Part shown: piece after piece, positions 45,679 through 57,600 of the stretch
Position numbering within the stretch: the first letter of the stretch is position 1
Layout of the letters: every line of letters starts with the position of its first letter
Assembly: GCA_002269645.1 (NCBI GenBank)
Contig: NIVC01000376.1
Span: forward strand, 248,001-312,000
DNA: 64,000 nt
DNA from: Macrostomum lignano
Lineage: Eukaryota
Reading direction: 5' to 3'
Notes under the pieces: generated by a model
The model's database searches: none
The model's input: only the letters and a program-made list of their open reading frames with translations
What the model was told of the DNA's origin: nothing
Translations under genes and position numbers: made by a program

Positions 45679-48600
45679 AATCGAGAGCAGCAATGGTACC
45701 CGCTCCGACTCGATAGGCCAATCTGTGTCAACTACCGGCCGAAAAGGTGAGAGAGCACTGCATTACAAAGTTCTTTTTGGACAGTTCATTCGTCCAATAA
45801 CTCGGGTCTGTAGGTCTATGGGCGGTGTATGTCTGCCTTGAGTCCTTGATCCGACCATCTACCATCATGTCACAATGTCCATGGATATTACACGCGTAGA
45901 CAGTCTGTCATTGCCTGAAATTTATCCAAATGTCTTCTCTGAAACAAAACTAAATGATGCAAGGAAATCTTAACGAATCCATTTTACCTAAAGAATGAAG
46001 TTACCATCGGGAACTGCTCTCTGAAAATCCTCAGAAACAGCTCATTGTGCGTGTGCGGCCAGCCGGTTGAGAGACACGCCGAAGATCAGCATCAGCAGCT
46101 GCCCCAGCGACGCAAACCTCTGATGGATTTTCCGCATCCGGGAGTCTCGTCAACAACCGGTTGGGGACCGGCGTCGTCAGCTGGGGCGGCTTCGATCGCC
46201 TCGGTGTCGGCCACGGCCGCAGCTTCAGTTGGAGCTGGCGGTGGCGGTTCATTCAGAAGGCAGAGCCTCAAGCAGCAACAGCAGCAGCAAAATGAAGAAG
46301 CCAGCAAAACATTTGGAGAAATCGAATTTTCCGGATTGAAGCAATTGGCTAAGGTGAGTTCCTTGATGCACTTTGCTTGCATTCACTGGCATCGTCTCCT
46401 CAACTCAGAAACTCTTTTGATAGAAAACTTCTCTTTCATTCCTAGAGATGAAATAATTTCTCAATTAAATTAATTTCCCAATGGGCAACTGCGGTTCAGA
46501 ACTTCTCTTTTTTCATTATTGTGATGCGCGCCAGTCGTCCCAGTTGGATGGCAAGCGATCACAATTACTTTCCAACTAATGGAATCTATTAGGGAATTTG
46601 CAATATTATAGATTATCGCGCCAATATCAAATCAACCTTTGCATTAAGTGGAGCTTAAAAAGTAGAAAAAACAAAATCGTAAAGAGGGTCGATAAAGAGA
46701 GTTTAAAAGTACTTTTTAAGAAGGCATGGTTAAGTCTCTGCTTCTCCAATTGTTTTCTCCAAGCGTAGTTTTCTAGCCGTCGTTAAGCAGAACCCAACGC
46801 CCCTTGTTAATGCCTTCTAAACTTCTAGACTAGCTCCCCAGAAAGTCTCTGCACGTCTCTCAAACTGATGCTGATGCTGAACTTCTGGTGGTAAAGGAAG
46901 TTGGCTGCTGGGTGGCTTCATAACGGAAAAAAGCAAGAACGAAGGAAGTTGACATGAAATCCTGAATGAAGCCATTGTTTCACTTCTACTGGACCAGCGG
47001 GATCTTTCAGTTACCCCCATCCACCCCACTGTTTAACGATTAGCACAGGATGGTATAAATTTTTCAATGTAATAGCTATAGGAAGAGTCTGAGGTAACTA
47101 CTGTGTGACATCCTTTTTGTTGCAGTCGGGTAGCACTTACTGGCTTGCTGTGTAAACGTAGAAATATTCTTCAGAGTAGATGCAAAAACTGTCTCTGTCT
47201 GAAGTGAGGGAATTATAGGGACTGATAACTATGAGAATGACTTTGAGAACAAATCGTGCAGTTGCGTTACCCAACATTTTAGTGTCCTGGAATATATCAG
47301 GACAATCTCAAATATATGTTAACGTGATGCTTTCTCTTAAGCCCGTCGGTTGAGACACGTGGTCGCTGGCAATAAAACCGGTAATTTTACAATGAAACCC
47401 ACATTCAGCCGATGTATAACGTATGACAACTGCATTGTAAAAAACATTCCATTCTGATTCAGCAAATGACCTAGTGACTTTTTGTGAACATTTATCAATT
47501 AAAACTTAGGTTTCCTTTCGTTATTTAGGCTTCAAAATGTTTCACTCCGTCAAAACGCGCTTTGCAGTTCGTCCGTTTGGATAGCAACACCCCAGACTCT
47601 GCTTTGCAGCAGATTCTAGGGAAAAAGTGGGACTTAACCCGGCCCACCCTGGTCATCAACATCTTCGGCGGCGACTTTGAGAAGAAGCGCCAGCTAAAAA
47701 TGATCTTCAAGAAGGGACTTTGGAAAGCCGCCGAAAGTGCTGGTAAGAATTCACTTTTTTAGCTGAAAACTAAATGTTCCCTGTTCAAGGCTAACTACTG
47801 GATGATTGATCAATGATTATCGCGGATTTTGTTTCTATCTGACGGATGCTTCTTTCGTATAGTTACTTTAATCATCTTCTGCATTTTGTTTCTCTTCTAT
47901 GTTCTATGTTCTATCCGTAAATTATTTTGCGACTAATTAACTATTTCTTATTCAAATACCTAAGAGCAATGAGCATTCATCTGCATAAGAGAATGCTTGA
48001 AGATAAATAAAAGCAAGAAAGCTGTTTTCTGACTGAAAAATAATCAATAAGTGTGAAAATCCTTATACTTTGTACTCTTTAGAGACTAACATTTAAACTT
48101 AGCCATATCTATAACAAAGTAGCTGGCGTAACTGTTGGTACTCGGCAATTTTCTATACTAGAGCTTCATCTTCTAATGCAAATATGCTAACTAATGCGTA
48201 CTCACGCCCAGGCCGCGATAAAGCGGATATGCAAGGTGAGTTACGTCATCAGTTCCCGACAGGATTTCAATTCCAAAACAGTACATATCGATATATAATT
48301 TTGCATGAAGGTGAAAGCGCAAGCGATATATTTATTTAGGAACCCCTAATAGACAATATTAGCTAAAATTATTATTTCTACAATTTTATGTAACCACCAT
48401 ATGCAAAAATGGACAATTTAGCTAATCACAGGTCACTTAATCACAGGTCGATTTATGCGGAGCGCCGACCATTATTTCCGAACTATATTGGGCATATTGG
48501 GCCTTGGCTGGAAATACGCCAGGAAGTCTTAATTCTGTATTCTGTACAGTTCTGTATAGTCTGTACATTCTGTACAGTCTTAATACTTTTAGTTCCCAGA

Positions 48601-51600
48601 CGTTTAATACTCTCGTAGCGCAAATCTATATCTCGTAATCTCTAGAGTTAAATACTATAGCTAATCGTGCTCCGCATAAACAAAAATTTGTTGAGAATGT
48701 CCTCGTACATATACTTACTATTGTGCGACTCCCAGAAACAGTTCGCTAGCTAAGAGCATTCGTCTATCACCTACCTGTTTTCCCTCGAGACCATGCATGA
48801 TTTTTCAATGTTGTTCACAAAATTTCTTAATCGCATGAGTAAATCCGTGTGGTCTTGGGTTCTATTTGCTTCAGGGTCGGCATACTATAAAATGCTGAGC
48901 CACTTTCTATTCAACACATGGGTGAACAGACGCAGCCTGGGACTATCTTGCTTTTGTATCATTAACAGCGGATATAACTGAACGCTTTGTTTATTGAAAA
49001 TTTCCTCAGTCTTGTCTTAAACGATGACAGCAAACTGTTGGGACCTCTTTGAACGAAAAAAACTGTGGTTTAGCAGTTAGTTCCTAAGGGTAAGTATATC
49101 ATAGCCTATCTCCATTGTCCCTATACCCCGATGTTCCACTGCAGCTTATAAAAGTTCTTTGCCAGAAATAAAACATCCCGTCAGTGAAATGGTTCCACTA
49201 GCAATGCCCGCTAGAAGAGGTTGAATGCCTTCATGACAATTCGTTCGGCAGCCCTAGGATCGCTATGTTTATTGTCATACATGCATATGTACTGCATACT
49301 CGTATACGTCGAAGAACTTAGGATGGGTTACAATTAGACTAAGACTAGGACTTTATTGTAAAGATTTTTATAGCTCTCTTGTTAGTAAGTGACCCAATAG
49401 GATTTTGCACAGCGGTTTGGAAGAAATCATACGACAAAAGGGCGTACCGCGTACACCAAACGTCCCGATAAAGAAAGTTACGCTCGTATTTTTTACATGG
49501 AAGCTTGGGCTTACGTACCGATTGTTGTACTACTTATTCTCTGCACAGAAGCATAAAACCGTTCTCTCTATTGTACGTAGTGGTCCATTTTATTCTGGTC
49601 TGGTCTGGACATGCGACAGTGCAGCGCGTCAATCGTTGCATGGCCTCCATCAAAAGGACAAAGCCGGCTTCAGTGGTTGACGGCTAGGATTTTTCCCGGT
49701 TGTAAAAAAAATAGAAAGAGAATCGTGCAGGAGAACAGGAGTGTCATGTCCAGGGGTCCAAGGCTGTGTCCGCTTGCCATCGGAGACACGATCGCGACTT
49801 CCTACGGCTATAATGCACTGATTAGCTCATTACAATGGCAGCGATTTCTCTCTCTCTCTCTCTCCACTCATTCCAAGTCGCCGCATCATCATCAAACTGG
49901 TATTTACAGTGTGCTACCCGTGACATTCTCCCTTGTTTGTGACGCTTCGCGCTCCCTCTATAAGACCCATGTAGATATGCAGAGTTAGTAAGTCATGGCT
50001 ACCGGACATTTGCCCTCCGGCATTTGCCCTCCGGACATTTGCCCTCCGGCATTTCCCCTCCGGACATTTGCCCTCGAGGACATTTGCCCTCGGGGACATT
50101 TGCCCTCCGGACATTTGCCCTCGGGGACATTTGCCCTCGGGGACATTTCCCCTCCGGACATTTGCCCTCCGGACATTTCCCCTCTGGAAAAGTACAGGTA
50201 AGGCTGGGGATAGGGTAGGGCGCGGGTATATATTGCTTACTAGAAAAGGATGAGTTGTTGGCTGGAGAAGAACCTGATGGATGCAAGAGGCGGGAGGATG
50301 AGGTTGGTGCTGGAGGAACGACGGGTGGGTACAGGAGGAGGTGAGGTGAGTAATGTGCGAGGGGGTAAATTTGCAGAGGGCAAATGTGCGGAGGGGAAAT
50401 GTCCGGAGGGCAAATGTCCGGAGGGGAAATGTCCGGAGGGCAAATGTCCGGAGGGGAAATGTCCCGGAGGGCAAATGTCCGGAGGGCAAACGCCGCCGAG
50501 GGGAAGTGCCGGAGGGCAAGTGCCGGAGGGGAAGTGCCGGAGGGCAAATGTCCGGAAGCGGTAAGTCATAGCACTGTTAGCACTGTTACGCTATTGTGCT
50601 CCAGCTCTAATCAATTCTGTGCGCTATGCAGAAATGAACATTCTACCTGCCTGTACTTTTTACTGTGGAGGCATTGGCAAGTCAGTTTGTTGTTTACATA
50701 TAATTTGTAGTTTGACTCCACGTGGTCGCGCGTCATAAAACGTTTCTTTACCGTGCAAGCGCGAGATTCGTTCTTTTGTTGATGTCCCAGTTTTATAAAT
50801 GTTTGCTGTAGCTAAATCCATTTGCTAATCATCTCTGCTTTATGGCAGGGTAAATAATTGGGGAGCATAATTACCAGTGAAATGAGGTCAACACGGGATG
50901 AATTCAGAGTGGAAATTACGTGCAAATAATCCGTTTCAGCCCATTATAAATCTCTTAAGTGTTCGTGGCGGATGCATTTAATCAAATTCTCTCTCTCTGG
51001 AACCTCTGGCGCACAACTTGCACAGTCTGCCTCTTAGGCCTCCCCGGCAGTGCCAACCAGTGGCGGCAACCTGCAACAGGCAAAGTCAACCTCCTCCTGG
51101 GCCAAGATGACAAATGACAGCCGCAGCATGTCACACACACACAAACACAAGCGCGCACACAGCTGGCTGTCTAAGCTGGTCTCTCTCCCCTGCGACTGCA
51201 TGGACTAAATGTAATTCCGCGGTCGGCCATCCATGCGACTTCCCAATACGGCGACTATGTAGTTTTTTTACCAATTATGCCTGACCAAACTCTCGGCCAG
51301 GCAGTGTTCAGTGGCTTTAGTGCACATGCGCAGTTAATGCATGCATGTGCTGCGGTAAGCTGCTTCTGCAGAAACTGCCCATCTGGACGGCCACCTGCAA
51401 CTGAGCCACTCCAGCAGTTCTGCCTCCTCCTCCACTACCTTTTAAGTGTATGGCGCGTTCATTGTTTTTGCACCAATGCGACTGCCAAAATTCTCTCCCC
51501 CCCCGCATCCCAGTCTAATCTATCCGCATCGGACGGGGAAAAACAAAAAAAAAATAATAAAGACACGGTTTAGGAATCAGAATTGTATCGGAGAGACGGA

Positions 51601-54600
51601 TAGGCAGATAAATCCTATAAACCCTGTTGGTTAGTTTCAGGGTTAAAGGTGAATAGCGTGCGGAATGGACTTGATGCTATTGAGTTTTAACTGCGCCCCA
51701 ATCAATTACTATGCGTAATGTTATTATGTTTTCCCAGGTAAACTCGATTCTCTCACTGTTTACAGGCCTAATTGATGCAGAGATGGAGGAAATTAATGAA
51801 GCTGCCCAAAAACCAAAGGCGTCATGGCGCGAGAGTTGGATGCGTTCAGCGCTGAGCCCCCCGCGTTGCCTTTACAATGTGCAATGAAAAAGCTCAATGT
51901 TCCTCGGCTTCATTTCATATTTATTTTAAAAAATACTTGCCAGGTTGCTGGATCGTCACTAGCGGCTTTCACCTTGGCATCATGAAGCTCACCGGGGAGG
52001 CGGTGCGCGATTACACCGACGCCTACGGCAGCAACTACATGATCGCCATCGGTGTCGCCAGTTGGAACTGCATCGCTCGACGTGAGGCGCTCGAGGATCC
52101 AAACATTTCTGAGGTGAGCGCGGATCGATTCAGAAGGGTGCTACGGGTGCACAATGCGCATTGGAGCTTTGATACTATGAAGACCCTTACTATTTTCATC
52201 CATTTCTGACAGCCACATGAAGGGGACATGGTTAGGAGAGAATTAACTGGTAGACCCATAAGTGACACTATTGTAGCAACTAGCTATAGTGCCTAGGTGC
52301 TTGCGTCCCTCATATGAAATGGTGCCCATCAAATGGAAAGACCCTCACTACACTCTAAATACGAGCTACCGACAGTACACCGACCGTAAGTAACTTGACG
52401 TCATTGGCTATGCAAACAAATCTCTTTGCAAGTTTTCAGTCAGTGGAAACCATCCTAGATAACAATAGACGGCTCTAAGTACCACCTAATGGTTACCATG
52501 AATTGAAAAACTTTAAAAATCTTGAATCTTGCTTCATTCTCGTGCTTGTTTCCATTCGCAATTCACTAGGGCTCGGTACCAGCGACCTACCAGTCTGAGG
52601 AGTCTGACTCCAGCAAGCCTAAGGAGTTGCGAGCCAGCGACGAGGACGAGTCACCATTGGACCCAAATCACACGCACTACTTCCTGGTGGACACAGGCGC
52701 CACCGATCAGAAGAAAGGTTACGATTGTCCATTTAGGACCAGGTTCTCCCACGTAATTAGCAGCTGGACAGACGAGGAGAATAAGCAGCTAAAGGTGCCC
52801 ATGTGCGGCCTGCTTATTGGGGGCGACCGTTTCGCATTGGAGCAGGTCTTCTACGCGCTCACTGAGACCAAGTGCCCGATTGTGGCCGTCAAGGTGAGCC
52901 CCGTGAATTTCCTATTAAAAAACCGGCGTACAGAACTTAAATAGTTATCAGCACGTGGCTGCGGTCAATCAATATTACCTGCATGGCAGAGAATAGCGAT
53001 TCGAGAAACCTCACAGAACTGGGGGAATAACTATGCGAAATGAATTTTAGACATAGATGATCCTGCATTTTCGTCCGGAGCACAGGCAGCAGCTGTACAA
53101 ATGTAATCTATTCCTCATCTGCTTGTCTGTCATCTCAGCTGCTGCCTGACTAAATTTCGCGCGTTGGCTCGGTCTCGTCTTCACATTTTTTTCATTGCAT
53201 TTTTCCTCGGCTTATGTCGTTCCACGAGTCCACCGGATCCAGTGCAAACATGCAGTAAGGGTCTGTAAGATTCCGGATTCCTGGGGATTGCTGACAGTCC
53301 AGAGAACGAGATCTGGCATGCTCGTTTTTTGGCCCATCTCTATTTAATTTTTCCCCATTCCATTTACCCGGCATCTTTTTTTCGCTCCATTGTTAAACAA
53401 AGAAAAAAACTTTGCCTTTCGCAGGCCTAACTACGGGTCTCAGGTTCTCGTACTGAACTTCCTCACCACCTCTCCCCATCGGTTCTACAAACAAATCCCT
53501 GCACACTTTCTCCTCTGCTTTGCCAGTTTCTCTGCTCCAGCCGCTCCATGAGATTTGAGAGGCCGGTGCTGGTAGAATGGTCATGGTTCCGCCAAGACCT
53601 GGACATTGTGATGCACTTCTTTAACCAGGAGAACAGAGTGGGTGCTGAAACTGGTCAAGCAAAATGTGAGAGAGCTAGGGTGGCCGACGAACGGCCCGGC
53701 CAGACTTATGAATCATTTACCGGCTCTGGGCAGCCCCGTCCTGTTGACCTCCAAGGCCAACTACGAGGAAAAGATTTCTCTGCCTTCCAGTCCAACTGGA
53801 GAAGTTTTATTGCGAAGCTTTTGCCCGTCACATTCATGAGCTCGAAAACAAAAAACTCATAAACTCGAAAACAATTAATCATGCAAATTTAACTATTGTT
53901 TCACATTAGTTGTACAAAACTGGTTTAAATCTGGATTTTGTTGGAGCGATAATCCCAGCAGGAAAAACTCGCACTTACTGAAGAAAGAGCCAACTGATTT
54001 GCTCATTGATACTCCCAACGAGTTCACTAATTGCTCAAGACAAATTAAACTTAAATAAGTTATTCTAAGCTCATGTATAGGTGGACTAGCGGATGCAGGC
54101 CTCTTGGAGTGATGCCTTTGACATTGCCAAAGGGAGTTCAAAAGCTGGGAATTAATGGGATACTACTCCTTCAGAATCGGGTACTTCAGTGAAGCTTTGT
54201 TTTACCGCAATTTGGATACTACGAACAACAGCCTACGATAACGAGTAATTATAACAAAGTATGGATTTCAATCCAAACCTCGGTTGCCTAGGGAACGGCC
54301 GGTGCGGCAGACGTGCTCTCCAGCGCATTCGACTACCTGTTCGAGGAGGAGAACCAGGTGGATAAAAAAGAGGAAGACGAGGAGACGCAAGAGGCAAACT
54401 TCAATTCTAAGTGAGACTCGTTTAGGGGTCCGGAATGTTTTACGGGGCGTTGCGCTAGCTATGCTCACGAGAGTCGACCATTCGAGGCATTGACTTACTC
54501 AACGTCAAGCATGTAAACTCTCTGTGGCCTGGGTTTAGTCTTCAAGGGAGTGCGCGCGCTCAGGGGTCCAACGAAGCTTTGGCATGCTTTTGAAACTCCC

Positions 54601-57600
54601 AATTTCAGAATGTCCAACATCTGCCAGGAGTTCTTCAACTGCAACGACTATTTTGACTACACCAAAGAGATCGACATGCTGCGCGTGATGCTCAAGGAGG
54701 GCGCCAGTCTCATTGAGATTTTCGACATGGAAGAGGACTTCGACCTGGACGGAAAGATGATCTCGTCCTTGCTCAGCAGCGGTTAGTTTGGGTCTCAGGA
54801 CCAAGCGCGTCGCCACCGGGGGGATATGTCCCCCCAGTAAAAGCTATGGGGGACATGCCAATGCTTTGTCCCCCCACCCCAATGCCAATGCTTTGTCCCC
54901 CCACCCCACCTTGTGACTCGTTGTGTTAATCAATTTCTTCAGGGCATCAAAACATAGCGCCTGCGGCGCCAAAACGAGCGCCTTCGGCGCCAAAATGGTT
55001 GCCTGCGGCGCTAAAATGAGTGCTTGCGGCGCCAAAATGAGTGCCTGCGGCGCTAAAATGAGTGCTTGCGGCGCTAAAATGAGTGCTTGCGGCGCCAAAA
55101 CGGCGCCAAAATGAGTGCCTGCGGCGCTAAAATGATTGCCTTCGGCGCTAAAATGAGTGCATGCGGCGCCAGAATGAGTGCCTGCGGCGCCAGAATGAGT
55201 GCCTGCGGCGCTAAAAATGAGTACGTGCGGCGCCAAAATGTGCGTTGACAAAACGATTCTTAAAATAATGGAAATGTAATAATTTAGTCATTTTACATGT
55301 TTAATTCATGGCTTTGTCTCCCCTCTCCCCACCATAAGATGTATGGCGACGCCCCTGCTCAGGACACTGGAGCTTGAGCTCGAAGACCCAGTGACGAAGA
55401 TAGATTGTCAAATACAGTTTCTAAGAGACACTTCTCAGTCTGTTGTGAAATATTTTGTTAATAAATTTCAGCTGGCAGCGAGGGCGGCGAGGACCAGCTC
55501 AACCTGAAGCAGCTGAAGATTTGCCTGACCCTGAACAGAGCCGATATTGCTAGGGACAAGATCTTCTTGGAGAACAAGAAATGGAAGGTGGGTTAGGGAG
55601 AAATATTAATTTTCTTATATATTAACGCTGGCATAAGTCAGCCCAGACAGCAACTGCAATCTGTATAAAAATGATGATGTTTACAGAAAGGTGACCTGAA
55701 CGAGTACATGTACCAGGCTCTCATGGAGGACAGGCACGACTTTGTGAAGCTGTTCCTTGAGCAGGGATTCTCTTTGGAGGACTTTTTGTCAATCTACATA
55801 CTTGAGAAGCTGTATACGGATCAGCTGAAGCGCTTGGTAAGACAATGGCAATAATGGCGAGATATTTGGAATAAATATCTGGGTTAAAAAAAACTGTTTG
55901 AGTTGTTTGTTAGTTGTAATCCCCCCCGAAGGGGGCAATTAGTGGCCAAGGGGCAACTACACCGAACTTAGAAAGTGACACCCAAAAATGCCGCATTATT
56001 CGCACTTTAAATTACGGGGGAGTCTCCTTCATACTGTTCAAGTTTTACTGTTGAGAGAGAGAGAGAGAGAGAGGTGGAGGAGGCAGTGAGGCAAGACGCG
56101 GGGGAGTGCTGCAGGCTGGGAGCCAGCAAGGGGTTGGGTTGGCGACGGCTATGACGGAGATTGCCCTGCATGGAAACGCCCGGGCCTTTTACGAAGCCAG
56201 CATGCTAGAATAAAGAAAGGCCAACAAAAATGTGAGGTCGGTGCAAAAGAGAGAAGAGAGAGAGGGGGGGAGAGAGTAAAAAAAAGATGCGGTGTCTGCC
56301 CCGGCGATAGAGGAAGCGGCTGGTGAATTGAAAATGGGAGAAGAGAGAGAGAGAGAGAGAGGAGGCTGGGCAGGAGTCGATCTTCTTGCTCAGCAGCTGA
56401 AAGACTGGCAGAAGGAAGCAGCGGTGTCTTGAGGCGACAGAGTTAGTTGCTCAGCTCAGCCAAGGTGCACGCCTTCCCCCATTCCCAGCTCCCCCTCCCT
56501 CTCTCCATCCTTTGCCCTCCACTTGAAGAGATGAATGAGTTTTGAATGAACTTTCAGCCTGAGAACCAAACGATCCACATGCGCGCTACCACCGTGCGGG
56601 ATTCCTGGCGCCAAAAAATATAGAAAAGGCGAAAGGCGAGAGAAAATAAAGGGATTAAAGTTTTGCGAACTCTTTCGGCCTATGTGACCGGCATTCTTAG
56701 TCGGAGGGGAGAAATGACTTGCGCTGATGCTCTGAGACTCAGTACTCAATCCTAACCCCCCTCGGGGAAAACTTTTGTAATTTCAGAGCTCAAAGGTGGC
56801 AATATTTCACCAGCTGTGGGAATATCACCGGTCGCACAGGGTGAGTCCTGCACCTGCACATGTTAGCGATTGCTTCTTTTATGCTCAGCTTGCTTTCACT
56901 CTGCATGACTGGAGATGGAGATTGACTACTGATGCTTATCATACTCGTAATCATTAATATAATATTATTGAACCAATAGCGATCGCTCGGTCGCCGATTG
57001 AAAGAGTACAAAGCTCGACAGCGGATGAAGCGAAATCAGAAGCAGGAGAATGGGGTAAAAAACATCGCCTATTCTGATTGGCTGTCAGATCTGCTTTTTC
57101 TTGGTCGTTGTCGATTTATTTTATTCGTGTCGTTTTACAACTTAGAGGCTTTAGTTAGAACTAACATATTTTATTAGATACTTTGTGAACACTTCTTTTA
57201 TCAATGTTGCTTCCAGTTTTTTGCTATAATTGTTGTCTGTCTATCTGTTCCATTTGTTTCAACTTGTAAAACTTTTTCTACATGTGTATTATTCTTCTGA
57301 AACGAGTAGATGAGGCCAAATGTATTGGCCAAGTTTCAGGGGAATAATAAAATGTATCCCATGTAGAATATGATGAGGTGTTATCTATGGCACTGGAGAG
57401 TATGGAGAGTGATGTCTATGGCACTGGAGAGTATGGAGAGTGTTGTCTATGGCAGTGGAGAATATGGAGAGTGATGTCTATGGCACTGGAGAATATGGAG
57501 AGTGATGTCTATGGCACTGGAGAGTACGGAGAGTGATGTCTATGGCACTGGAGAGTATGGAGAGTGTTGTCTATGGCAGTGGAGAGTATAGAGAGTGATG

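Noticed and set aside
48990-49270. Possible LINE RT C-terminal remnant (SFKTRLRKF on the minus strand)
   Set aside because: Only a 9-aa motif amid stops; insufficient without a profile search.
55915-56780. Possible inverted-repeat element bounded by CCCCC..GGGG motifs
   Set aside because: No convincing TIR pair or TSD.
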